DNA of 32,000 nt, taken from Clostridia bacterium (lineage in GTDB: Bacteria; Bacillota; Clostridia; Christensenellales; Aristaeellaceae). Below, one piece after another: positions 24,022-32,000 of this stretch. The position numbers and the translations under genes were made by a program. Position 1 is the first letter of the stretch; each line of letters starts with the position of its first letter. The notes under the pieces are model-generated. The model saw only the letters and a program-made list of their open reading frames with translations. It was not told the origin of the DNA and made no database searches. The DNA lies in contig JAZRWA010000086.1 in NCBI GenBank assembly GCA_045599485.1, positions 60,039-92,038 of the forward strand, given 5' to 3'.

Positions 24022-27012
24022 TTGGAAAAGGAATTTTACGAACCGCTGCAGACCATTGAGTTTGAAGGCTTTGTGACCGACAAAATGCTGTCTCCCGAAG
24101 AGGCGCAGGCTTGCACCCAATGGCACCCCATGCCCGAGGGGACACGCTGGGGCCGCACATGGGAGTATGCCTGGATGCGCGGCAGGATGGTCATGCCCGA
24201 AGCGGCCGCGGGGCAGCGCATCGTGATGGACCTTAACCAGGGCGGCGAGGCAACGCTGTTTGTCAACGGCGAAGCCTTCGGCACGCGGCGCGCCGAATGG
24301 GTGTATACACCGCACCATCTGATCAGCGATCAGCTGCTTACGCTCAGCGCTGTGCCCGGTGAAAGCTATGACCTGCTGCTGGAAAGCTATGCCGGTATGA
24401 CCCTGCCGCCCAACGGTGCCGCAGGCAGCTGCGTGGTGGGTCCCCTGCGGCAGGATACCGAGGATGGCATGACCCCGCCCGAGGGCACCATCCGTCAGAC
24501 GGTGGGGCACAGCACCTTTGGCATCTGGCATGAAAAGGCGTATGCCCTCTGGCTGGATGTGACCTGCCTGATGAGTGTGCTCAGTGCCATCGATCCCCAG
24601 AGCCTGCGGGCGGCGGAGATCGAGGAAGCGCTGGAACGGTTTACCATGACGGTGGATTTTGAAAAGCCCCGCAGTGAACGTGAACGGGATTATGACCGTG
24701 CGCGGGAGCTTTTGAAGCCCGTGATGCAGGCACACAACGGTAGCACCATGCCGCGCTTTACCGCCGTCGGCAACGCCCATCTGGACCTGAGCTGGCTGTG
24801 GAGCTACCGCGAGACCCAGCGCAAGGTGGCCCGTACCTTTGCGGCGCAGGTGCGCCTGATGGACCTGTATCCCGAGTACCGTTTTATTCAGAGCCAGCCG
24901 GAAAGCTACCGCATCTGCAAGGAGCTGTATCCGCGGCTGTACGAAAGGGTAAAGGAAAAGATCCGTGCCGGGCAATGGATCGCCGACGGCGCCATGTGGG
25001 TGGAACCGGATACCAACATGTCGGGCGGCGAAGCGCTGATCCGTCAGCTGGTGTACGGCAAACGCTTCTACCGGGAGGAATTCGGCGTGGAATGCCGCCT
25101 TCTGTGGCTTCCCGATACCTTTGGCTACAGCGCGGTGCTGCCCCAATTGCTGCGCGGCTGCGGCGTGACCGCCATGACCACGCAGAAGATCTTCTGGAAC
25201 TATAACGGCGGCGAGCGCTTCCCCTATCATTATTTTACATGGCAGGGCATGGACGGCAGCGAAGTGACCGCCTTCCTGCATATGGACTATACCTCCACGG
25301 TGGATCCTGCCACGATCATCGGCCGCTGGAGAGACCGTGTGCAGAAGCGCGGGCTCAGCCGCTTCCTGCTGCCCTACGGCTACGGAGACGGCGGCGGCGG
25401 TCCGACCCGCGATGACCTTGAGCTGCTGCGCCGCCAAAGGGATCTGGAAGGCGTGCCGAGGGTAGAGCAGGCTTCGCCGCAGCAGTTTTTTGACGAATAT
25501 GCCGCTGAGGGCGGTCCCAAAGAGCAGTATACGGGAGAATTGTATTTTGCCTGCCACCGCGGAACATACACCAGTCAGGCAGCGGTCAAACGCAACAATC
25601 GCCGCAGCGAAAATGCCCTGCGTGAAGCGGAACTGTGGAATGCCGTATCGGGCAGGGATTATCCCGCGGAGCAGCTCGAAAAGTGCTGGAGGGATGTGCT
25701 GCTCAACCAGTTCCATGATATCCTGCCGGGCTCTTCCATCGGCCGCGTGTATGAGGAAGCGGCTGTCCGCCATCAGCGTGTGCTGAAGGAGACGGAAGAA
25801 ATGACTCTGTCGGCGCTGGGCGGCCGCCTCGAAGGCCAAACGGGCGTCAGCTGCTTCAACAGCCTGTCCTTCAGCCGCCATGAAGTGATCGAAACGCCGA
25901 ACGGCTTCGCCGTGGCGGATGTGCCCTCCATGGGTGCTACTTCGGTCATCAGCACGGTCATGCCGGAGCATCCCGTCACCTGTGAGACGCAGGAGGACGG
26001 CAGCGTGGTGATGGGCAACGGTCTGGTCACGGCACGGATCAACTCTTTGGGCGAGATCGTAAGTCTGCAGGATAAAAACGGTCATGAGCGCATCCGCGGC
26101 ACCGCCAATGTGCTCAAAATGTATCAGGATACTCCGCGCAGCTTTGAAGCGTGGGACATTGACAGCATGACGGAAAACATGCCGATTCCTTTGGAGCAGC
26201 AGGGCACCCTCACGGTGGAGCAGCAATCGCCCTTCCGCGCAACACTGCGCGTGGAACGCCGCATCGGTACCTCTCTGTGGACGCAGCGCATCCGTCTGGA
26301 CTGCGACCGCACGCGTCTGGACTTTATCACCCATGTCGACTGGCAGGAGCAGCATTGTCTGCTCAAGGCGCATTTTGCCACGGGCGTCCATGCCGAAGAA
26401 GGCATCAATGAGATCCAGTTTGGTTTTATCCGCCGTCCCACGCATCGCAGCCGTCAGGGGGATAAGGATCGCTTTGAGGTGTGCAACCACCGCTTTACGG
26501 CTCTGTGCGATGAGGGACGCGGCGCGGCGGTGCTCAATGACTGCAAGTACGGTGTCAGCATGCAGGGGGATGAGATCGCTCTGTCATTGCTGCGCGGACC
26601 CCGTCATCCCGATCCGAAGGCCGATATCGGCGCGCATGACTTTACCTATGCTTATGACTTCTGGGACGGCGCTTTCCTGGACAGCCCCGTGGTCCAGGAG
26701 GGTCTGTGCCTGAACAATCCGCTGCGCGTGCTGCCCGGTCAGACGGAGACCTTCAGTGTGCTGGAAACGGATCGACCCAACATCATCGTGGATACCGTCA
26801 AAAAGGCCATGGATGGGGAGGACCTGATCCTGCGTCTGTATGAGTGCAAGCATGCCGCGACCGAAGCAAAACTGCAGCTGCATGTGCCTGCCAGGAAGGT
26901 GTTTGCCTGCGATATGGAAGAAAATATCTTGCAGGAGCTGCCCTTGGAGAAGGGCACGGTGCCGCTGAGCTTCCGCGGCTTTGAAATCAAAACCCTGCGT
27001 GTGCAGGCATAA
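24022..27012 (+). CDS. GH38 alpha-mannosidase
   Basis: GNAHLDLSWLW, WLPDTFGY and NQFHDILPGSSI are GH38 catalytic-core motifs, and the ~1000-aa size fits. The start is uncertain: TTG 24022 has no good SD (see the finding on 23963-24024). Confidence 0.9.
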   Translation: MEKEFYEPLQTIEFEGFVTDKMLSPEEAQACTQWHPMPEGTRWGRTWEYAWMRGRMVMPEAAAGQRIVMDLNQGGEATLFVNGEAFGTRRAEWVYTPHHLISDQLLTLSAVPGESYDLLLESYAGMTLPPNGAAGSCVVGPLRQDTEDGMTPPEGTIRQTVGHSTFGIWHEKAYALWLDVTCLMSVLSAIDPQSLRAAEIEEALERFTMTVDFEKPRSERERDYDRARELLKPVMQAHNGSTMPRFTAVGNAHLDLSWLWSYRETQRKVARTFAAQVRLMDLYPEYRFIQSQPESYRICKELYPRLYERVKEKIRAGQWIADGAMWVEPDTNMSGGEALIRQLVYGKRFYREEFGVECRLLWLPDTFGYSAVLPQLLRGCGVTAMTTQKIFWNYNGGERFPYHYFTWQGMDGSEVTAFLHMDYTSTVDPATIIGRWRDRVQKRGLSRFLLPYGYGDGGGGPTRDDLELLRRQRDLEGVPRVEQASPQQFFDEYAAEGGPKEQYTGELYFACHRGTYTSQAAVKRNNRRSENALREAELWNAVSGRDYPAEQLEKCWRDVLLNQFHDILPGSSIGRVYEEAAVRHQRVLKETEEMTLSALGGRLEGQTGVSCFNSLSFSRHEVIETPNGFAVADVPSMGATSVISTVMPEHPVTCETQEDGSVVMGNGLVTARINSLGEIVSLQDKNGHERIRGTANVLKMYQDTPRSFEAWDIDSMTENMPIPLEQQGTLTVEQQSPFRATLRVERRIGTSLWTQRIRLDCDRTRLDFITHVDWQEQHCLLKAHFATGVHAEEGINEIQFGFIRRPTHRSRQGDKDRFEVCNHRFTALCDEGRGAAVLNDCKYGVSMQGDEIALSLLRGPRHPDPKADIGAHDFTYAYDFWDGAFLDSPVVQEGLCLNNPLRVLPGQTETFSVLETDRPNIIVDTVKKAMDGEDLILRLYECKHAATEAKLQLHVPARKVFACDMEENILQELPLEKGTVPLSFRGFEIKTLRVQA

Positions 27013-27017
27013 CAAAA

Positions 27018-27041
27018 CCGCCGCCGGTCATCCGGCGGCGG
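27018..27041. terminator. hairpin between convergent genes (probably terminates the aminotransferase gene, possibly bidirectional)
   Basis: Perfect 10-bp stem CCGCCGCCGG / CCGGCGGCGG, loop TCAT. AACAAAA on the left flank gives a U-rich tail on the minus strand. The plus-strand tail is weak. Confidence 0.6.
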
Positions 27042-27055
27042 CTGCATTTGGTTGA

Positions 27056-28177
27056 TTACAGCTGCCGGAGATATCCGGACAGGGCATTCAGGCCGCCTTT
27101 GAGCGTTTCGGTATCGCAGGCGTAGCCCATGCGGAAGCAGTATTCCTCTTCAAAGCAATCACCGGGGGTGACAAGCGCGCCTGTCGCTTTGTACAGGCCT
27201 TCGCAGAACTGATAGGAAGGGATGCGGGGCGTGTAGTCGATCAGGGCGGTGGTACCGGCGGACGGCTTGACATAGCTGACCTTGCTTTCGGTCTGTACCC
27301 AACGGTCGAGCAGCGCCAGATTATCGCGGATAATGCCCCGGTTGCGGGTCAGCAGGGTGTCCTTGTGGCGCAGCGCCACCGCGCCGATGGCTTCATCCAG
27401 CATGCCGCAGGAGATCATGTTGTAATCGCGGTGACTCAGGCAGGCATGGCGGACGGACGCGTCATGCGTGGCGATCCAGCCCAGACGCAGACCGGCCAGG
27501 GAAAACACCTTGGACATGCTGCCAATGGAAATGCCTTTTTCGTACAGGTCGGCCACGGAAGGGGAATAATCCTCCGATTGGGTCAGGTGACGGTAGACCT
27601 CATCGCACATCAGCCATGCGTCCGCCTTGCGGGCAATGTCAATGATCTCCGTCAGCATCTCCGGCGGCATCAGCGCGCCGGAGGGATTGTTGGGATTGTT
27701 GATGCAGATCAGCTTTGCGCCGCCTTCGGCCAGCCTGCGCAGCTCCTCCATATCGGGCAGAAAGTCGTTTTCACGGCGCAGCTTCAAAATGCGCACATCG
27801 GCGCCATAGGACTCGGGAATGGAATACAGCTGCTGATAGGTGGGCATCACGCTGATGACCTTGTCGCCGGGCTCGATCAGCGAATAAAAAATGTGGTGAT
27901 TGGCGCCGGCTGCACCGTGGGTGGTGATGATCTCTTCCGCTTTGAGCGTCGTATAAAGCGAGGTTACGCCGACACGGAAATCCTCCCGTCCGACGATCTC
28001 ACCGTAGGTCAGACGGCGGGCGGAAAAAGCATTCAGAAAAGCGTTTTTATCCTCTCCGGCCAGGGCAAACAATTCGTCCAGAGAGACGGAATCCACACAG
28101 GTTTCGGCAATGTTCCAGACAGCGCCGTCTTCCCAGGCGTTCATCCATTCTTCCACTTTAAAGGGCTTGATGTTCAT
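27056..28177 (-). CDS. pyridoxal-phosphate-dependent aminotransferase (class I/II)
   Basis: NPNNPSG, and SMSKVFSLAGLRLGW (PLP-lysine motif). The ~370-aa size fits. Confidence 0.9.
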   Translation of the reverse strand: MNIKPFKVEEWMNAWEDGAVWNIAETCVDSVSLDELFALAGEDKNAFLNAFSARRLTYGEIVGREDFRVGVTSLYTTLKAEEIITTHGAAGANHHIFYSLIEPGDKVISVMPTYQQLYSIPESYGADVRILKLRRENDFLPDMEELRRLAEGGAKLICINNPNNPSGALMPPEMLTEIIDIARKADAWLMCDEVYRHLTQSEDYSPSVADLYEKGISIGSMSKVFSLAGLRLGWIATHDASVRHACLSHRDYNMISCGMLDEAIGAVALRHKDTLLTRNRGIIRDNLALLDRWVQTESKVSYVKPSAGTTALIDYTPRIPSYQFCEGLYKATGALVTPGDCFEEEYCFRMGYACDTETLKGGLNALSGYLRQL

Positions 28178-28258
28178 AAACAGGAACCTTTCTTTTGTAA
28201 AAAATGTACAATTTGTAAATTCGACGCCAAAAGGGGGAATCCTGCAAAAAAGTCAGCC

Positions 28259-28295
28259 TTGACAAGGATGTTTTTAACTTGTATATTGTATACAA
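28259..28295 (+). promoter_or_regulatory. sigma-70-type promoter of the gntR-pepF-fhs unit with an overlapping palindromic operator
   Basis: TTGACA (28259-28264), 17-nt spacer, TATATT (28282-28287). The perfect inverted repeat TTGTATA-ttg-TATACAA (28279-28295) overlaps the -10. Confidence 0.5.
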
Positions 28296-28317
28296 AGCAA
28301 AATGCGGAGGTTTTTTT

Positions 28318-28995
28318 ATGCGTCAGGAAAGCTTTGAACTGGTGGAGGAAAACAAGCCCATCCGGGATGTAGCGTATGAAACGCTCAAGCACGCGATCAT
28401 TACGGGCAAGCTTCCCGCCGGGGCGCACATTGTGGAAACAGCTTATGCCGAACAGCTGCACATCAGCCGCACACCGCTGCGTGAAGCGCTGCGCCGGCTG
28501 GAGCACGACGGCCTGGTGACGTATGAAGTTCGCCGCGGCGTAGTGGTGCGGGCCTTTACCATTGAGGATGTGGAAGAGATCTTTATGATCCGCAACGCCA
28601 TGATGATGCTGATCCTGCCTTCCATTGTGGAGAGGGTCACCGAAAAAGACCTGAAGGAGATGCGGGAGATCCTGTCGGATATGGACATTGCCATGGCGGA
28701 AGGGGATTGCGAGGCCATTGCCTCCTTTAACCGTGCTTTCCACAGCAAGATGGAACACCTGACCGACAAGAACCGCATCCTGCGTGTGATCGAGGATCAG
28801 GAAGAATACATCACCCGCTTTTCGGCCATTACGATTTCCAATATCCAGCGCAGGGAGGGCGCGCATCAGGAGCACCATCAGATTGTGGAGCTGCTGGAAA
28901 AGCGTGACCTGGAGGGACTGCGCGCGCTGATGGCGCATCATTTGCAGGAAAGCAGGGAAACCTGCCTTGCTGCGGTAAAAAAACACGTTTTCTGA
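28318..28995 (+). CDS. GntR-family transcriptional regulator (FadR/FCD-type C-terminal domain)
   Basis: Winged HTH AYETLKHAIITGKLPAGAHIVETAYAEQLHISRTPLREALRRLEHDGLV, with a His-rich FCD-like C-terminus (FHSKMEHL, HQEHHQIVELL). Start at ATG 28318 after GGAGG. Confidence 0.9.
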   Translation: MRQESFELVEENKPIRDVAYETLKHAIITGKLPAGAHIVETAYAEQLHISRTPLREALRRLEHDGLVTYEVRRGVVVRAFTIEDVEEIFMIRNAMMMLILPSIVERVTEKDLKEMREILSDMDIAMAEGDCEAIASFNRAFHSKMEHLTDKNRILRVIEDQEEYITRFSAITISNIQRREGAHQEHHQIVELLEKRDLEGLRALMAHHLQESRETCLAAVKKHVF

Positions 28996-29009
28996 TAACG
29001 GAGGAGCAA

Positions 29010-30788
29010 ATGAACTGGGATCTGTCCGTATATTATCGTGATTTTGAAGACGAAAGAATCGAAGCCGATTTTGCCGCCTGTGAAAAGCTGATTGGCGAGA
29101 TGGGAGACACGGTCAGCAAAGGCCTGTCTGCCCTGGAAACGCTGGAAAAAGAACAGGAGATCGGTGAAGAACTGGAACAGCTGTTTGGCAAGCTGGAATC
29201 CTTTGCCGAGCTGACCCTGTCGGTGGACGCCACCCATGAGGCAGCCACCCGCCTGTCCGACCGCTGCACACAGATGGCGGTGGGGCTGCAGCTGGCATCC
29301 TCGGCGCTGACCCGCTATGTGGGACAGCTTTCCGAGGAGGAGCTGGAAAAGCTGATCGCCTCTTCCGAAAAGCTGACGGCCTGCGCCTTCAGCCTGCGCC
29401 GTATGCGGGAGGAGGCTGCCCATCTGCCGGACGAACAGATCCAGGAGTGGCTGCTCAATATGTCCATCAACGGCGCGCAGGCCTTTGCACAGCTGCGCGG
29501 CAAGCTGGATGCAACGCTCAGCGTGGATTACCGGGATGAAAAGCTGCCCCTGTCCGCCGTGCGGGCCAAGGCAGAGGATGCCGATGCCGATGTGCGCCGT
29601 GATGCCTACCTGGCGGAGCTGGCGGCGTACCCCAAGATCGAGCATTCCATGGCTGCCTGCCTCAACGCCATCAAGGGCGAAGGCCTGACCATGATCAAGG
29701 CGGAGCATTTTGACTCCATCCTCGATCAGACGTTGTTCAACTCCAACATGGACCGGGAAACGCTGGAAGCCATGTGGACGGCCTGCCGGGAGTTTTTCCC
29801 CGCCTTCCGCCGCTATCTGCGCAAAAAGGGCGAGCTGCTGGGCTATCACAACGGTCTGCCTTTCTTTGGTCTGTTTGCGCCTGTTTCCATCGGTGAGGGC
29901 AGCGGCAAGGTCTATACCGTGGAGGAAGCCCGTCAGATCCTGATCCGCGAGCTGGGCAAGTTTACCCCCGAGATGGCGGAGTTCATCGACAATGCCTTTG
30001 AGCAGCGCTGGATCGATATGTTCCCGCATGACGGTAAAAGCGGCGGTGCTTTCTGTGCCGGCGTTCCCCACTGCGAGCAGAGCCGTGTGCTGACCAACTT
30101 TGCCGGCAGCCTTGGCGATGTCAGCACGCTGGCGCATGAACTGGGCCACGCGTGGCATAATTACTGCATGAAGGATCTGCCGCTGTGCATGCGCCATGAG
30201 CCCATGCCGCTGGCGGAGACCGCATCCATCTTCAACGAAACGCTGCTGGCCAATGCCCTGCGCGAGAGCGCGGACAAGGCCGAGCGCTTCATGCTGATCG
30301 AAAACAGCCTGCAGAACTCCACGCAGGTGATCGTGGATATCTATTCCCGCTATCTGTTTGAGACCGCTGTGATCGAGGGACGCAAGACGCACACTCTCTC
30401 GGCGGAAGAACTGAAGAAGCTGATGCTGGAGGCGCAGGAGCAGTCCTACGGTGACGGTCTGGACCCCGAATACCGCCATCCCTATATGTGGGCCTGCAAG
30501 AGCCATTACTATTCTCCGGGGCTGAGCTTCTACAATTTCCCCTACGCGTTCGGTCTGCTCTTCGGTCTGGGCGTATATGCCCTGTACCGCGAGAAGGGCA
30601 GCGCGTTTGTGCCGGATTATAAAAAGCTGCTGCGTTCCTGCGGCAGCGGCATGGTGGCCGATGTAGCGGCCTCCGTGGGCATCAATGTACGCGATCCCGA
30701 ATTCTGGCGTTCCTCCCTGCGCGTGGTGGAGGACGAGATTGAACAGTTTGTTTCCATGGCTGATGAATATTTGAAGGAGCGTAAATGA
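29010..30788 (+). CDS. pepF: M3-family oligoendopeptidase F
   Basis: HELGHAWH zinc motif with a downstream E ligand region. The ~590-aa size and overall layout fit PepF. GGAGGAG SD. Confidence 0.9.
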   Translation: MNWDLSVYYRDFEDERIEADFAACEKLIGEMGDTVSKGLSALETLEKEQEIGEELEQLFGKLESFAELTLSVDATHEAATRLSDRCTQMAVGLQLASSALTRYVGQLSEEELEKLIASSEKLTACAFSLRRMREEAAHLPDEQIQEWLLNMSINGAQAFAQLRGKLDATLSVDYRDEKLPLSAVRAKAEDADADVRRDAYLAELAAYPKIEHSMAACLNAIKGEGLTMIKAEHFDSILDQTLFNSNMDRETLEAMWTACREFFPAFRRYLRKKGELLGYHNGLPFFGLFAPVSIGEGSGKVYTVEEARQILIRELGKFTPEMAEFIDNAFEQRWIDMFPHDGKSGGAFCAGVPHCEQSRVLTNFAGSLGDVSTLAHELGHAWHNYCMKDLPLCMRHEPMPLAETASIFNETLLANALRESADKAERFMLIENSLQNSTQVIVDIYSRYLFETAVIEGRKTHTLSAEELKKLMLEAQEQSYGDGLDPEYRHPYMWACKSHYYSPGLSFYNFPYAFGLLFGLGVYALYREKGSAFVPDYKKLLRSCGSGMVADVAASVGINVRDPEFWRSSLRVVEDEIEQFVSMADEYLKERK

Positions 30789-32000
30789 CGATGATGACCG
30801 ATCTTGAAATTGCCCAGGCCGCGAAGATCCGCCCCATTACCGAAATTGCCGAGGCGATGGACCTGAATGAAGAAAGCCTTTCCGCCTATGGCCGTTATAT
30901 TGCCAAGGTGGACCCCAAGTATTACCGCGAACTGCCGCAGAAGGGCAAGCTGGTGCTGGTCACCGCGCTGACGCCCACCGCGGCGGGCGAGGGCAAGACC
31001 ACCGTCAGCATTTCGGTGGCCGACGGCATGCGCAAGAACGGCAAAAACGCCGTGCTGGCGCTGCGTGAGCCCTCTCTGGGACCGGTGTTTGGCATGAAGG
31101 GCGGCGCCGCCGGCGGCGGCTATGCCCAGGTGCTGCCGATGGAAAACATCAATCTGCATTTTACCGGTGACCTGCATGCCATCACCGCCGCCAACAACCT
31201 GCTGGCGGCCATGGTGGATAACCACATCCAGCAGGGCAACAAGCTGGGCATCGATCCCCGCCGTGTCGTTTTCCGCCGCTGCATGGACATGAATGACCGT
31301 CAGCTGCGCCAGCTGCTCAGCGGCATCGGCGGCAAGGGCAACGGTATGCCCCGCGAGGATGGTTTTGACATCACCGCGGCCTCCGAGATCATGGCGTCCT
31401 TCTGCATGGCCGATGACCTGATGGACATGAAGGCACGCATGGGCCGCATCGTGGTTGCCCGCACCTTTGAGGATAAGCCCGTGACCTGTGCCGATATCGG
31501 CGCCCAGGGTGCCATGACTGCGCTGCTGCGCGATGCCATGATGCCCAACTTGGTGCAGACCATTGAAGGCACTCCCTGCCTGATGCACGGCGGCCCCTTC
31601 GCCAACATTGCCCACGGCTGCAACAGTGTGGCGGCGACCAAGCTGGCCCTCAAGCTGGGCGACTATGTGGTGACCGAAGCGGGCTTCGGTGCCGATCTGG
31701 GTGCCGAAAAGTTCATTGACATCAAGTGCCGTGCCGCGGGCATTTATCCCTCCTGCGTGGTGCTGGTGGCGACTATCCGCGCCCTCAAATATCACGGCGG
31801 CGTGACCAAGGATCAGCTGAATAACGAAAACGTGGAAGCCATGCTGCAGGGCTGCGGCAACCTCTTCCGTCATATGGACAACATTACCGGCGTGTGGAAT
31901 GCGCCTGTGGTGGTGGCCATCAACCGCTTCTATACCGACAGCGAAAACGAGATCGCCGCGCTGAAGAAGGCTATTGAGGATCGAGGCGCCGCCTGCGCGC
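30785..32000 (+). CDS. fhs: formate--tetrahydrofolate ligase, N-terminal ~405 codons (runs off the right edge)
   Basis: [22 protein letters not shown]..., [38 protein letters not shown] and [14 protein letters not shown] are canonical Fhs motifs. ATG 30785 overlaps the pepF stop (ATGA). It is absent from the ORF table because it has no stop in the window. Confidence 0.95.
   Translation, partial: MTMMTDLEIAQAAKIRPITEIAEAMDLNEESLSAYGRYIAKVDPKYYRELPQKGKLVLVTALTPTAAGEGKTTVSISVADGMRKNGKNAVLALREPSLGPVFGMKGGAAGGGYAQVLPMENINLHFTGDLHAITAANNLLAAMVDNHIQQGNKLGIDPRRVVFRRCMDMNDRQLRQLLSGIGGKGNGMPREDGFDITAASEIMASFCMADDLMDMKARMGRIVVARTFEDKPVTCADIGAQGAMTALLRDAMMPNLVQTIEGTPCLMHGGPFANIAHGCNSVAATKLALKLGDYVVTEAGFGADLGAEKFIDIKCRAAGIYPSCVVLVATIRALKYHGGVTKDQLNNENVEAMLQGCGNLFRHMDNITGVWNAPVVVAINRFYTDSENEIAALKKAIEDRGAACA

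Noticed and set aside
23863-26490. 875-aa minus-strand ORF, and similar long ORFs opposite real genes (895..1881, 5619..7238, 7263..8375, 10544..11605, 12533..14086, 14273..15577, 17062..18309, 18680..19651, 21199..22722, 27365..28372, 28938..30506, 30617..31873)
   Set aside because: All lie antisense to genes with clear family motifs (GH38, the activator, mtnN/GNAT, GuaA-like, methyltransferase, degV/DUF554, VanW, NAGPA, M1 peptidase, murF-like, aminotransferase, pepF, fhs). Their Ala/Gly/Arg/His-rich composition is typical of stop-poor antisense frames in GC-rich DNA.
1-32000. Mobile elements, prophage, defence systems, CRISPR arrays, tRNA/rRNA genes
   Set aside because: I looked for direct-repeat arrays, tRNA-like T-arm sequences, integrase, transposase or recombinase motifs, and toxin-antitoxin-sized gene pairs. 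I found none. All sizeable genes have housekeeping or envelope-related family signatures.

Overview
GC-rich, densely coding chromosomal window of Firmicutes/Clostridia type. The rplU-prp-rpmA operon, with an N-terminally extended L27, supports that placement. I call about 30 protein genes from motif recognition only, with no database search. They include a sigma-54 enhancer-binding protein, a secreted metallo-beta-lactamase (MBL)-fold protein, and a minus-strand block (methyltransferase, TIM-barrel isomerase, CHAP hydrolase, GuaA-like protein, tandem GNAT, MtnN). Also present are degV and DUF554/Ldt-like genes, a six-gene envelope operon (M1 peptidase, phosphodiester glycosidase, Lgt-like, DUF896, Nudix, VanW), and a GNAT / alpha-beta hydrolase / MurF-like / Ddl operon. 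The right end carries a GH38 alpha-mannosidase, an aminotransferase divergent from gntR-pepF, and the 5' part of fhs. I saw no rRNA, tRNA, CRISPR array, transposase, integrase or phage genes.

The stand-out region is 540-5660. The activator gene has a textbook -24/-12 promoter of its own. A 600-bp AT-rich spacer then carries a second -24/-12 promoter that drives a monocistronic, codon-optimised, secreted MBL-fold gene. That gene is cut by one in-frame TAG (4429-4431) in the middle of the MBL domain. Both promoter regions share the same upstream sequence words.

TAG is not used as a stop by any of the 28 complete genes here (17 TGA, 11 TAA). The GH38 gene would gain a proper SD+ATG start if an upstream in-frame TAG were read through. 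Together these raise, but do not prove, TAG read-through or recoding (pyrrolysine or a suppressor tRNA) against a recent nonsense mutation or a base-call error. Most other long ORFs in the table are antisense shadows typical of GC-rich DNA.
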